From: the human T2T-CHM13v2.0 reference genome, Homo sapiens
Length of the DNA stretch: 64,000 bases
Assembly: GCF_009914755.1 (NCBI RefSeq)
Contig: NC_060929.1
Reading direction: 5' to 3' (one strand)
Positions 15,480 through 29,010 of this stretch are shown here, piece after piece. The translations under genes and the position numbers were made by a program. The stretch's first letter is position 1, and every line of letters starts with the position of its first letter. The notes under the pieces were generated by a model. It saw only the letters and a program-made list of their open reading frames with translations. It was not told where the DNA came from and ran no database searches.

Positions 15480-15810
15480 CCCAAATCTTCATGGCAAAAC
15501 TGGGCTGCCAAGGAGCTGCAGTTCTGGCCACCATCAGAGAGCTGCCTGTCCAATTCAAGCTGCTTTCTACCTATCAGCTTGAGAATCAATCTTTCAACAG
15601 GAATACTCCTGCTCTGCTACCTTCCCACTTACTCAGTTCCAAACCAAGTCTTGTATTTGTGTATCTGATTGACAGAAAAATCATATCTGGAACCCAAGCT
15701 GCTAGGAATTCTGGGAAATAACTTCTTTAGTGTAGCTCTGTGGTATGGGAAGCAATACAAAAAGGACTTTGGAATAGATATAGAACAGGCTAATCCTCAG
15801 TATGTCACAG
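15480..15810 (-). mobile_element. Old MaLR LTR fragment (MLT1K/L-like)
   Basis: atctgattgacag...aacccaagctgctaggaattctgggaaat motif. Confidence 0.45.
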
Positions 15811-16242
15811 AGTGAACTTCACTTTTGGGATTGCTTTATTTTGATGTATGCCTACAGCAAATTTGCAAATGCATCCTGGAGTACGAATCACTTTAGTTTA
15901 AGCATCTGAGTTCACACAGCCCTCACACTGATTGCTTTTAGTATGCCTATCTGAATGAGATGTGTTTCAACAATTTTATGAGGCCACTTTTTCTTGTTCT
16001 CTTAAGAGTTCTGGTAGTTTCTAACATGAATAGTATGTTTCATTGATTTTTGGTTTAGTTTTTATAGAGTCACAGATTTCCTAATATCTCAGTCACCTGG
16101 AAAGTGTAGCCTTCCATCTCTCAGCTTCTTAGTGATACAAAGACTGTGAGGCACTCAATCTCCAGCCAAGACTTCTTGGAGAAGAAAACTCATGTTTCCA
16201 TTGCTGTTTGTTTTTTCTCAGTACTGTATGCAAGTTATAGCT

Positions 16243-16543
16243 CAGCACTTTCCAGTAGAAACATGCTGTGATCCATGTACGAAAATTAAAATTTTCTAGT
16301 AGCTACATTAAAAAACTAAAAAGGAACAAGTAAGCTTATTTTTAATATATTTAATCCAATATATTCAGTATCTTATCATTTTAACATGTACCCAATAAAA
16401 GTTATTACTGAAATATTTTACATTTTTGTGGGACTAAGTCTTCTAAATCTAGTGTATATTTTACACTACCAACACTTCACAAACCACATTTCAAGTGCCT
16501 GATAGCCACATGTGTCTAGAGCCTACCTTATTGGACAGTGCTG
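16243..16543. mobile_element. MER33-like hAT-Charlie MITE
   Basis: TIRs cagcactttccagtag / tattggacagtgctg; degenerate 8-bp TSD ttatagct / ctataact; ccacatttcaagtgc...tagccacatgtg core. Confidence 0.8.
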
Positions 16544-18363
16544 CTATAACTAGAGAGAGAACTGCTGACTTTGGTTCAGAATGTGATGGCCACATATGTT
16601 TAGGTATTCATTGTCTTATTTCCCTGTAATGCAGAGATCTGTGAAAGGGGAATGAATCTATTAACATCCCTTCTTTTGGTGATGTAGAAATGTGGCAGGA
16701 GGCTGGTGGCACCACTGTGCCTTTATTCTGCCCTAAGTGTTTTTGGCCTTTTAACCATACATGGCTGAAATGTTCTAGTTAAGGATAAATTTATGACCTA
16801 TATGATCTAGCCTCCACTTCTTTGTACCAGCTACCCTGGGAACCTTATTTCTTTCAAAGACATCCTTAGTTGGGCTGGATTTTGATGCAGTAACTATAAA
16901 GTGGAAAGTACTTCTTTTCCATTGCTCTATGGTGGTGAAATGGTGAAACTTTCAGACCCTTGGTATGGTGGGCCTGAATTTTCTTTCTTCCTAGGTAAAA
17001 TAGTCCTTCATGATCTTTTGCTCCTCTTTTGTGGAACAGAAGGTCAGTGTTCACTAGAAATAGACATGTACTATTTGTCACATTCCTCGGCTGTATTGTC
17101 TTAACCTGTCATATCTCCTGTCACTAATGTCGTATGCAGGCACAACATACTTGCCATTTGGGGCCAGGAGAATCTATTCTACCCAAAATTTCTCGTGTTT
17201 TCTTGCTCTTACTTATTAGTGTCATTATGGGAAGCTCTCGATACAATGGTCAGTGGTCTTTAGGTTTTAGGAAAATTAATATTTGAATATCTTATGTGAA
17301 GGGATACAGCCATTCCTGTGGCATAATTCTTACCTCTGGAATTATGAGACCTGGTTATGAGACCAGAATTAGGTGACCTGGTTATTATGCCTTTGGGGAT
17401 ACATTTTCTTTAAACACATCAGGAACTCACCATCTTATGACTGAGCTCTCAGTCTGCCAAGGTTCAACCTACGGTTCTGTGTCAATGAACTGACTTCAAT
17501 TTTTCAGGAGAGACTAGAAGGGAACCTAATACTTTTCTATGGGTCCCCATTGTTTCTATTCTCTATTTTCTACTTTCACTGAAGTTCCTTGCCATGGTAC
17601 TGGCTTCTGAAAGTAAATCTTTGCCAGTCAGCTCACTTTCTATGCTATACAGGAGCTGTTGTCTCAAATTCCATTTTTCTTAGGTAACCTCCAGACAACA
17701 AGATCTTTCAGGTTGCAACAGACCAGTTTGTTTATCTTGAAAATGAGAGTAAAAATAATCACCAATTTCACTCCTTTTGAAAAAGAGGATGAAAACTTCA
17801 AATGAGTTGGTTACTTTGAACCTTTTCCTTCTTGTTCTATCACATTCACCTGTAAATGGACAGGCAGTTTCTTTCTGGGTCATGTTGGTAATCATTTCAC
17901 AGGATTTATTTTTAAGGTAATTTTAAGGCAGTTTTAAGATAAAGCTCTTTACAGTCAGGGCTGGGTATTTATTTTCTTTTTATCACTTTTTTATGATCTC
18001 AGGAGTCATTTACTTTTTAAATTCTTGTTTTAGTACAAACCAAGAGTTTTACTATATGACAAGAGTATTGAATGTTCTTTGCATATGACACCATTGACTT
18101 ATAATTTTGGGACTTATGCTTTGTGTTATTCTTGTATTGGCAGATGATTTTTTTAAAAGGCACCAAAACATGATTTTTTTTTTGAGAAAAACCAGCAGAG
18201 TTTTAGGGGTACAAGTTTAAGCCTTTGGAAAAGGGCAAAACTAACAATCATGAAGATGTTTAACCTATTAAAAGACCCATTACCACTGGCAATAATCAAC
18301 TGAGCCAAATAATTGCAGAGTAAAAAAAAAAAAGATTTAGCATAAAGCACTTTACTATCTTAA

Positions 18364-18407
18364 AACTATTCCATGACTGTAGTTCAACTGTTCCATGACT
18401 GTAGTCC
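18364..18407. repeat. 22-bp tandem duplication
   Basis: aactattccatgactgtagttc / aactgttccatgactgtagtcc. Confidence 0.9.
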
Positions 18408-18513
18408 AAGGAGTGGTAGAGAATCAGATCCTTTAGCACCCTGTTCTACTCTCTCTCACTGAATGTTGACACAACAAATAGTTGTAGGGCTTTGGTAGTG
18501 TCAAGAATATGTC

Positions 18514-18574
18514 ATGCAAATTTGCCATATTCATTTTTAAGCTGTTATAATTAGTTGAAAATAATGATGCAAAT
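18514..18574 (+). promoter_or_regulatory. Pair of perfect POU octamer motifs (ATGCAAAT)
   Basis: ATGCAAAT at 18514-18521 and 18567-18574 in apparently unique sequence; function inferred only. Confidence 0.3.
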
Positions 18575-20864
18575 TTGAGTAGTGATGCTTTAATACCTAG
18601 TCAGTTTATTTAGGAATTGTCCTATCTCTTAGCAAAATGCTTGACTTCAATGCCAGAACAATGATTACTTTATGAGTCTATAACAATTAATTCAACCATG
18701 CCTCTCTTCCCAGTTCACCCCAGTGATGATATGAAGCCCAACCTTCTCAGGTATCCATAATTAGCTCATCTTCATACTGGGCTCAGTATGTTTGTTGATC
18801 TGGCTCAATCTCCTTTGCCCTTGGTGCCCTGGAGCTCCTGTAAACTCCTTTGCATCTTCAACCTCTTTTCTGAATTGTTCATTTGTTTTTATTGCTGCCA
18901 CAGAAATCCAGCTGTTCCCAAAGAGGCTTCTCCTCTTCTGGGTCTTAATTTAATAGAACTTCCCTGCCTATCCTATATGACTAACATTATTTTTCTCCTC
19001 AGAATAAAGTGGTTATTTTCCTCCTTGTGTTCATCACTTTTTGTACTTATTTAATTAATTTTTTTACTGTATCATGAGTTTATTCCTAGACTCCTCTGAC
19101 TAGGGAGAGATCCTCTTGGTCAGCTCCTCTATAAGGACAGACCTTGTTTACAAGGCAGCTGTTCTCCAGCACCTGGCACATGTTGAGAATGAATGAATCA
19201 GTAAATCATCCATGAGGCTAAAGATTTTAATACATTCTTAAAATCAATTTTATCATTTGGCTAAAAATATTAATGCTGTGGTCCTAACTTTTTCTCTGGT
19301 AAATTTAGTATTTATCAATTGTATTATGACCTATTGCTGTTTTTACCAATGTGCATGAGAAAAAATAAATCCTGCATAGTTTTATCAGGTGGCTACATTT
19401 ATTTTATTTGGTTTCCGAAGCATTCTGAGTTTGAAGCAGGATATGATGGAACAATAATCTTAAATAAGTCATGACATGTTTGTTTATTCTCAGGGAAAAA
19501 CCAGAAATGTTACCACTCTAGCAATCCATTGATTAGCACCTATATCTTCTTTAGCTGAACTGACACACACATAATTCTAAGCCACTCCTTTATTTGCAAC
19601 CAAGTATAAGCAGTTCCTGAAGTAAAATGCTACAGTTGTGAACAGAAAAATGGATGTTGTCAGGGAAAAGAGAAACTTCCAATTGTTAATGATACTTATC
19701 TTTTCAGGACTGTAGTAGAAGGGGGACCTCCATTATTGCCAGTGCATTTCAAGGGTTTTTTGTCCAATTAAAACTCTGTCATGGAATTTTAAAATGTATT
19801 ATCTCAGGACTTGAAAATGCCTAAGAAAGTTTTTTTTAAAAGATGATAAATACATACGTGCACACAAATTCCTCTAAAAAAATCAAGATGTTCTCATGAG
19901 AATAAGGAAAAAAAATAGCTGAAAACAATATAAGTATATTTTTGTGGAAACCTATAAATCACAATAAATGTTGAAAAAACTAGGGCTGTATGTAAGTATA
20001 TTGGTCCAATTACTATCTGATTTCACATGCAATTAACATTCCAGAGAAAGATGAGAGAAGCTAGAACAAAAAGTCCATGTGAAAGTAGAGCAAAACTATT
20101 GGGTGACATTACCTCACCTTGCTGCAAAAGCTAGAGTGAAATTCCCAACAAATACATCCTAAATTATTTTACAGCATAGAAAAATATAACATGGATCATT
20201 TAAAGATAAAGTCATAATTACAGTGACTACAATTGAATGAATTCACTGAGCAAAACATTTTATTTATGTCTACAAGTTGAGAAACTGATGAAGCATAAAG
20301 GACAAATATGTATAATCAGTTGGAAAAATCTGAGAGGGCGATTTTAAAAAAATAAAGGATTTGGTGTGGTTCACTGGCATTTACCCAAGAGGGTTCCTGT
20401 TTCAAACTCACATTCACAATGTAACACTTCATTGCTTTTCTGCTGAATCAACACAGTAACGGGACTCTACAAAAGGTCAAGTTTTGAATCCAGTGTTATT
20501 TGAACAATGCCCACTTTATCTTGTTTTCTATTTATAACTTTAATTACAGATAACTTTTAATTACAGATACCTTCTTTATAATCTCAAACTAAATTGTAGT
20601 TTATTGTGTAACATAGTAACCTTTTAAATATGTGGGGTAATTGATTCTACTCTTATGAGCCCAGTAAAAATAATAGTTTCTCAAGAACTGTTGCTTAAAA
20701 TAGTTTTGAAATCTATTTTGGGCCGTGTCTACCTAGTGCAAAAATAAAGGTGAGGACTAAATATCTGAAAAGCCAAATGACTTGTTGCAGATAATACAGC
20801 CAGTTGGTGTCAGAGCTGGAAACAGTGTTATGGGCTACAGCTTAGTAGTGGTGGGTAGTGACTG

Positions 20865-21050
20865 CTTTTGCTATGAGTAATAAAATTCTTTGTCTCTGAC
20901 ATAGGAACCTTGTGTCTTCTTCAAGCATCCATAGAATTGTGGCAAGCTAGCTCATTAAATTGTATAGTTACTTTGATGGGAATTCTTTGGCTTCTAGGTC
21001 TTCTCTACACCTATGTATTTAAACCTATGTAAGCAGGATAAAATCCCAAC
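20865..21050 (+). mobile_element. ERVL LTR 3' fragment (MER54/MER74 group)
   Basis: aataaaattctttgtctctgacataggaaccttgtgtcttcttcaagcatccatagaattgtggcaagctag. Confidence 0.55.
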
Positions 21051-21378
21051 AGCTGGCTTCCTAAAAACTTATTTATTTATTTTTTTTTTTGGAACTGTAA
21101 CCCTTCCTTCCCCACGCTATACTCCAAAAAACAAATACACACGGTGTTAGGGCTGCAGAGTTCCCAGGGTTTATTTATATATGTGTGTATAATATGACCT
21201 CATCTCCTTGGTCACAAGTAATTGGTCTTTTGGTTTGTTGGAATTGGGATTGAAAGAGAGAAATTATTGTCTCACAAGGACCTGGACCCGAGAACATACA
21301 AACTCGAAGCTATCAACTAAAATCATGTTACTCCATGTGGATGTGGAAACAGAGAATACCAGTTTGTGAATTATTCAT

Positions 21379-21502
21379 AAAGTGACATATGTCCCACTTT
21401 GCCTGGGACATTCTCTGCTTACATCTGTTGTCCCAGTATAATTATTAATAGTGTCTTCTCTCAAAGTGTTCTGATTTAGAAGCAAAATTATATGGTCACC
21501 CT
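21379..21502. mobile_element. MER94-like hAT-Blackjack MITE
   Basis: tttgcctgggaca...tgttgtcccagtataattattaatag...aaattatatggtcaccct. Confidence 0.75.
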
Positions 21503-21911
21503 AATCACTCAAGATTCTTTGATGGCAAATGATAGTATTCAACTTGAAGAGCAGCTGCATAGGTATCAATCTGGGTCTCACCATCCAAGCCAAGAAACTC
21601 AACTTGTAAGAATTAGGAAAGAGTGGATTGACAGCATCTACTTCCATGAGGGAGAAAGTCCCTTGGAACTATGAAGGCTTCTATTTCTCATGTTTGGTAA
21701 AGGAGAGTCTCCCTTTTTGAGATTGGTTCTCCTATAAGCGTTACTGGGTAGGCCCTTGCTGTTGTTACTGGTCTTATGCAGAGTAACTGACCCTAACATG
21801 TTGATCCTAGATATGATTGCTACAAAGGTTTTGCTACCCCATTCTCTGGCCATAGGTTTTATGAATATGTGTGGGTGCTGATAAGAGGTTGTGACTGTCA
21901 CTAGGATTTAA

Positions 21912-22036
21912 CCCATTTATGCCTAGTGTTCCATTATTAGAACGCTAAGCTTGTGGGAGTTATTTATATCCTGCTCAAGGTCATCGTTAAGGTCTGATTT
22001 TTCACACAAAAATTTGCAACTTCCAGCATAAATGGC
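21912..22036 (+). mobile_element. MER85 piggyBac (PGBD3-related) MITE
   Basis: TTAA (21908-21911) + cccatttatgcc TIR, internal palindrome gttccattattagaac, gcataaatggc + tcaa (degenerate TTAA). Confidence 0.9.
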
Positions 22037-23569
22037 TCAAGACTCATGATTCATGTACTCATGCTCTGTATCAACTAAAGTCAACTTGCAGGGAGAAAGA
22101 ATGAAGCAGATGCACAAAGAGTAATAGAGCAGAGAGAGAAGATATTGTGAGTTTCTTCTCATGCTCCAGTCACTGCTCAGGCTGCCCCTGCTGTGTATGC
22201 CACCATTTCTTCATAATTATAATATATTTAGGCTCAAGTTCTCCCTAAAAGCTTTCTGTAATTTTTCATCCTTAAAGTCCTGTTACAATTAGAATATAAA
22301 CTCAAAGTTAGCAGATTCAAATTCCATCTGTGATCATATCAGTAACTATAACTGGAATTCATTTGTTTATGTTTTTACTAGATAAATATTTAAAGCTTAG
22401 TGTATGTTGTACATTGTGCTAGCTTCAGGGCATAGAGTAAGCAGGATCGACACATTCCTACCTCCCTGAAGATATTAAACCAATAATTACAAATGCCAAG
22501 ATCCTTCCTAGTCTGCTTCAAAAGGTTGATCAAATAACCCACTAGCATATTTTAAACTAGTATGTTCAAAACTTTGTGCATCCTGAGTATTCCTCTGCTT
22601 TAGGCTAATATCCTGTGAAGAGTCACTGACATAAAAATTCTCTTAAGAATGGATTCCATTTTTAAAAGACAGATTTGGAGACACATGAAAGGATATTCAT
22701 TCAACCAAATATATGTACATAAAATGGCATATATAAGATGTAAGTTTATTGTTATAATGAATGATTACTTTAAAAAATTGCTTGACATGTTGCTGAAATG
22801 AGTTTTACATGGTTCTTGGGCAAACTTGGATGGAAAACACAATTCTACTATGTTAGCTAAATCTCTCTGGAGAAAGTGGGGTTTTTTCCCTCAAAAATTG
22901 AGGGGATAAAAATTGTTCCAAACCCAGGAATAAGTTGGGAAGTGATTTGGAGACAAGGAGTCATTGAGAAAATTTTCTCAGGCTGAGTAGGTGAGACAAA
23001 AAACAAAATAGATGGATTGCTTTTAGCGTTCCCTTCTTAAGGAAAGAAATAATTGTGTTGTTTGATATTTATTCATTTATCCTCATAGAACATAATTCTA
23101 CTGAGAAACCCAAACACCAAACAGTTGAGGGATTTTCCTTCTAATCTGCACGTTAAGTCAATAGATGAGGCAGAACAAGAATTAGAGTTACACCAGTACT
23201 ACTTAGGCCCTGCAGGGACCTTCTGAGAACATTTTGGATTTAGGATAGGGCTTCTAGGAATACTGATGGAAAATCTTCCAAGTTTACCAAGGAGTTGGGC
23301 TAGCAGAATTTTGACAACCATAGGCTGTGGATTCTAAATGGCAAGATTATGTGGCATTTGACCCAGAAAGTCTGAAACTACACTTGGCCCTCTCTATTAG
23401 GTCCTCTTAAGACAGAAACCCTGATGGATCTCTCTTCCATCCTTTCTACCAGCAGACAGTGACATGAAAGAGACGAGATGTATTCCTTCCAAAGCTGTAC
23501 ACAGTGATGTGAGGTCTGTATATGGACTGACAAATCCTTGCTAATGATATTGAAAATAGAGTTCAGTGG

Positions 23570-23770
23570 GGCCACACACTCTCTCAGAGCTTTTCATACA
23601 CCATTCATTTAATTCGTATAAGCATATGAGGCAGGTACTATAATTAACCTCACCGATGCATGAGGAAACTAAAGCAAGGAAAGTTAAAGTACCCTGCCCA
23701 AGGTCACAGCCGGGAAGTGGCAGAGCTAAAATCTGAACTTGGATGCTCTGGCTACTGAGTGTATGATTGG
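23570..23770 (-). mobile_element. MIR
   Basis: atgaggcaggtactataatt...gatgcatgaggaaactaaagc...ctgcccaaggtcacagc...gtggcagagc. Confidence 0.75.
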
Positions 23771-24199
23771 AATTTTTTTTCCTGACTCTCCTTAATGGTA
23801 GTAGGCTGGTAGCAGCCAGTAACTGTGGCCCACAGTAGTTGTTCAGTGAACAGTTATTGGCTAACTGATTATTGGGCTCATCAGGAGATCTCCTTGATTT
23901 AACAAAAGGCTAGCCCTAAAAGTGCAGTCAGATGCTGCCTATGTAGAAGACTGGTCTTGCACTTTTACCTTCCTATTGCATCTGTAGGAGATGGGAAACT
24001 TGTGGATTTTGGGAAATGTTCTTAAATTAGAACTAAAATTATTTTGGGGTCACATGTCTCTTTGAGAATCATATAAAAGCTAAGAATCCTCTTAACATAA
24101 AAATGCTCAATAACAAAATTTTTGCATAATGTCCGAGACTATTTCAATCTCTAGAACTGTCCAGGAACAGAAACAGTAGTTTTGGGTCAGTGACTCTGA

Positions 24200-24529
<330 letters not shown>

Positions 24530-25934
24530 GATACCTTTCAATTTCAAGTGATTTATATGGATGCTTGATTCAGAGAAAACTGTATTCACATTTTCTGAGG
24601 TAGTTGCTTTGTTTTTCTCCTTCAAGGGAAAGCTCTGCTAATGTTACAGTTAGCTGTGGCCACTAACTGGCTGCCTGGTAACGGCACAGTTTGTGCATTC
24701 CATGGCCAGGGTCCAGAAAGGCAGAGCGCACCGCTGGGGAGCGGATGTGTGAGCCCCAGGTTTCTGACATGAACGTTACTGATGCTGCCTCTGCTGAAAG
24801 ACCTCATTATTATCATGGCAAATACTGGGAGAACAAAGGGACCATTTTCAGAACAGAGGGCTATCTGTTGTTGTTAATTGAATATTTTCTGATTATGATA
24901 TTAAGTTGGTCAGAGCATGACAGCATGCCTTTTTTGGCATCAGTTCATTTCAGCAGCTTCTCTTAATACATGAACTGAGTAGCACATCCTTACACACGCA
25001 CAAGCCTCCTTTATCTGAGTTGTGGTGAACAACAGCTGCAAGCTGTAGCCATCTTTTTGAGGACTTCAGTCTTTTTGGTGGGGCAGAGGTGCAAAGTATA
25101 GGGAAAATAACATGCATTTCCATATCTTTTGCACATTTAATACTCTGGAAAAGTATATAATATGAATTAACATGAAGTCCTTCCATGAGATTGTAGAAAT
25201 ACAAGCAAGATTTATTGCTAGAATCGAGACGTGTCAGTTCTTACCTAAAGACTGAAAGTATTTGACAACTTTGGGTAGTGAGTGGTTTCATGATCTCTGT
25301 GAAACCATACCACATTGTTTTGGGTGCAATAAGGAGTAGAATGAGTATGAAAACACTGGAGGGAGTGATGAAGACCTGTTCAGTTTTGATTCTGCCATTA
25401 ACAACTTTTTTCATCTTCAATAGACAAATTACCTCCTTGAGCCTCTTCTGCAAAGAAGAGGGGTTGAGCTATGAGGTCCTTGTGAGGTTTGAAACACAGT
25501 ACTATTATTTTATAAAAAGACAAGTTTTCAGTTTTGTGAGTTTCTCCAGAGCATATGAATCTTACAGCTGAACTTCTTGAAATCTGTGATTCATGTTTCA
25601 TTAGTTAGGCCATGGGACTTCTGAGTACATCACAATATTTTGGATACACATAGAGATTGTTCCACTGAGAAATGAAATCAATGGTTAGGGTTTCTTTTGA
25701 ATTTCTCTGTATTTTACTTTCAGGATCAAGAGAAGAGTATTCTTCTTTTATATTTAGTTTGCACCGTGATAGAAATTCAGGTAGTACATAAGACCCATGT
25801 CTTTGAGTTTTCTTCTCTAAATTCAGCCTAATTCTTTATTTTATTATTTTTAGCAATAGCTATTATTTTCTTTCATCTGGGAAGTCTTGGGAGGAACTTG
25901 GGCCAGTTGATTGTAAATGGCTTGAGAGAGGAAC

Positions 25935-26265
<331 letters not shown>

Positions 26266-26702
26266 TTATCTTTTAAGCCACTTTATTTTCATGATCTTAA
26301 TTTTCCCAAATATCAGCTTCCTGCATCATGGCCTAAAGACATTCTAGGAAGCAAAGAGCCTAAGCACAAAATGGAACATTTAGCAAGGAATGTAAAAGAT
26401 AAAATTAGATAAGCTTTACTGTACTTATGCTCTCAAAAGAGAGAGTACAGTGCATACAATATTTTACTGCTAACATATGCAGCCTGAGGGGGAAAATATG
26501 AGGGTATTAGTGATGTTGATATAAGTTGTATACCTCAATGTCACATTCGATATTGCTGCGGTGCTTTGGTTCAAAAACAAAATTATAATCTCATCACACA
26601 GTTTTAATACATTGGAAGAACATTCATTTGAAAAGTTATATAATGATAGACATTTTGTTTGTTTCTACAAGTTGGTGATGAGTTTGTAGATCCTTTTAAG
26701 AG

Positions 26703-26816
26703 TTAGGGTCTCTTTCGCATTTTGGCTTGTCCGAGAGGTCAATTCATAAAGCCTTGAATAGCCTAATGCAAAGGAAGCCATTTTTTTTGATAAATGCTTT
26801 CAGAGCTGTAATCCAG
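26703..26816 (-). pseudogene. PDZPH1P: Terminal coding exon (E): PH2 C-terminal helix; frameshift and 2 stops
   Basis: Acceptor tctatttttttctgcag|C TGG ATT ACA GCT CTG AAA; 8-A run (T run 26781-26788) shifts frame before WLPLH; TAG at 26763-26765, TGA at 26739-26741; TAA at 26703-26705. Confidence 0.8.
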
Positions 26817-28668
26817 CTGCAGAAAAAAATAGACACAGGACTGGTCATTACACAATTTGTTGGACTCTGGGGAGAAGAAATATTACAAAATCTTTTTATT
26901 TATTTTCTAATTGTTTCTCTTGGTTATTTAGTTTGAAATTAATAGGATAAACCATGCTCCTTAGATTGTTAGATTTAATAAAAATATAAAATACCAAATG
27001 TAGAATATGTTGTGGTAGTAATGAAATATGCTAATATAAAAGGATCAGAAGAGGGTATAATGTTTATAAATAGTGATTGAGCTATAGGGTTTTAAAAATT
27101 GTTATTAGTATTTTATTATTTCTATTTAACTTTAAAGCTTAATTGATCAAACACATAGTAAACAAATATTGCCATAAAGGCAAAATAGTTCTTTGTTAAA
27201 CTCTTGACACTTCAGCAAACATGGGATGATGTTTTATGAAACATGCCTATATAACATTTACTCTAAGGGATGTTAATAGATGTTATTAAAAACACACACA
27301 AACACCAAAACAGTTTACCAGTATTCTTTCCGGAAGTCTGTCTCAGATTTCCTGGTTAATGTGCTTTGTTTCTCTGACAGGATATATGATTTGTGTCATT
27401 TCTTAAACTTACTTTAGGTGTAAGTGGGCTACTTTGTGGAACCAGAGTTTCATGTACTATGTGACACTCAGCTTTTATGCTTAGAAATATTTCTGTAATG
27501 ACTCTTGTTTCTTATAAAATCCCCTATGGATTTGGCAGTGAGATCCAACTATTCAACCTCATCTCTTAGAGAACCCAGTGGATTTTATCAGATGGAAGTT
27601 AACTGTGTTTCATTGACCTTTTCTCTGATCTGCTGGCTGGATGGAGCCTCACCCTCAAGGGAACTATCATAATCTGTCACCCAGATTGTATAGCACAAGC
27701 TCTGGAAAGAAGATCCTGGCCACATATCTAGCAGTTTTATTCTCAAGATCCTCCTGCTGTAGCTCATCTTGAGAAATGAGTGGAACAGGCAAGGTTTATG
27801 CAATGGGAGAAGGCCCAGAGAGATCCTTTCTCCATCCCCCAAATGATCACCTGATGGAAATTCCTGAAATTCCACTTTTAGAGTGTTATTTCTTTGGGTT
27901 AGTATCTGGTTCTCACAAATATCTCTGGAGGTTTTACCATGTCATGTGTTTTAACAAATTACTGTGAATTTCTTTATTAGATCCTTTTTACTGGATGGGG
28001 TGAGGGATGGTCATGAAGCAGTTGCAGGTACGGATGGGAGATGGAGGACGCTGGATGTCTCGGGGATTAGAGTTAGGTCAGGGAGACTTGAGGGATGGAG
28101 ATCCTCTAGGTACCAAAGAACACTTGCTTGGCCTCATGGCTTTGTCTCTGTGAACTTTACTGCCCTTTTTTATTTCAGTATCATTATGAACTAAGTGCCC
28201 ATTTGTACATGACAAGCTTGATACTGAACATATCATGAATTAGACAGGTAAGTCCTGTGTCCTTCAATGGCTTATAACAAAACCAAATAACTGACCAAAT
28301 TCAGATAGACATTTTAGTAAGAGTTGTGTGAAAAGAGGTGAAACAGCAAATCTGTGAATTAATAAATTATAATATTTACAGATTATGGCAACAGTGGATT
28401 TTTTATGTTGAAGCCTGAGTCAGCCAGTGCCTTGGGAAGAATTGTGGACTATTTTTCCATTTGAAAAAAAAAAAAAAACACTTCTAGAAGAGTTATCTAA
28501 GGATGCATTGACAAAAATCCTGGAGAGTATTAGCTATGAAGACTGCAAAGGAAGAGGGAGAATTGAACTGAAGATGTGAAGTTGGAGCTGGAAAGTAAGG
28601 ATGAGAGTTTGCTAAGAAGGCCTTCTCAGGACTGGTAAAGGAGAAGAAATACAAAGATCTTGACTTAC

Positions 28669-28804
28669 CGTCGGTTTTCTGTTTCATTTTCCGCACAGAA
28701 ATAGAAAGTCTTGAACTCTTCGGATGGAGGCTAGAGTTCAATTACTAATTGTTTGGAACTAAGGGTCTGTTCACTCACCCTATATCCTTGCAGATATAGA
28801 CCAC
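28669..28804 (-). pseudogene. PDZPH1P: Exon D (136 nt): PH2 middle; in-frame TAG
   Basis: Acceptor ttttcctttttag, donor ACG|gtaagt; phase 1 to phase 2; GLYLQGYRVSEQ...IEL*PPSEEFKTFYFCAEN; TAG at 28731-28733. Confidence 0.88.
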
Positions 28805-28869
28805 CTAAAAAGGAAAAAAAAATGAGAAGAGGGAAAGAATAAGAAGGAGAAAAGATGTCTGAAAGGATG

Positions 28870-29010
28870 TCAAGAAAATTTTGTGTCTGAAGGAAATGCT
28901 AGTCCAGCTGTCTCATTTTACAGATGAAGAATCTCAGACTCCAAAAGAATATGTAATTTAAGGTCACATGCTAATGATTAATGGCAAGACTGGTAATGGA
29001 ATTTAGATTT
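28870..29010 (-). mobile_element. MIR fragment
   Basis: ctcattttacagatgaagaatctcagactc...aaggtcacatgcta. Confidence 0.6.
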
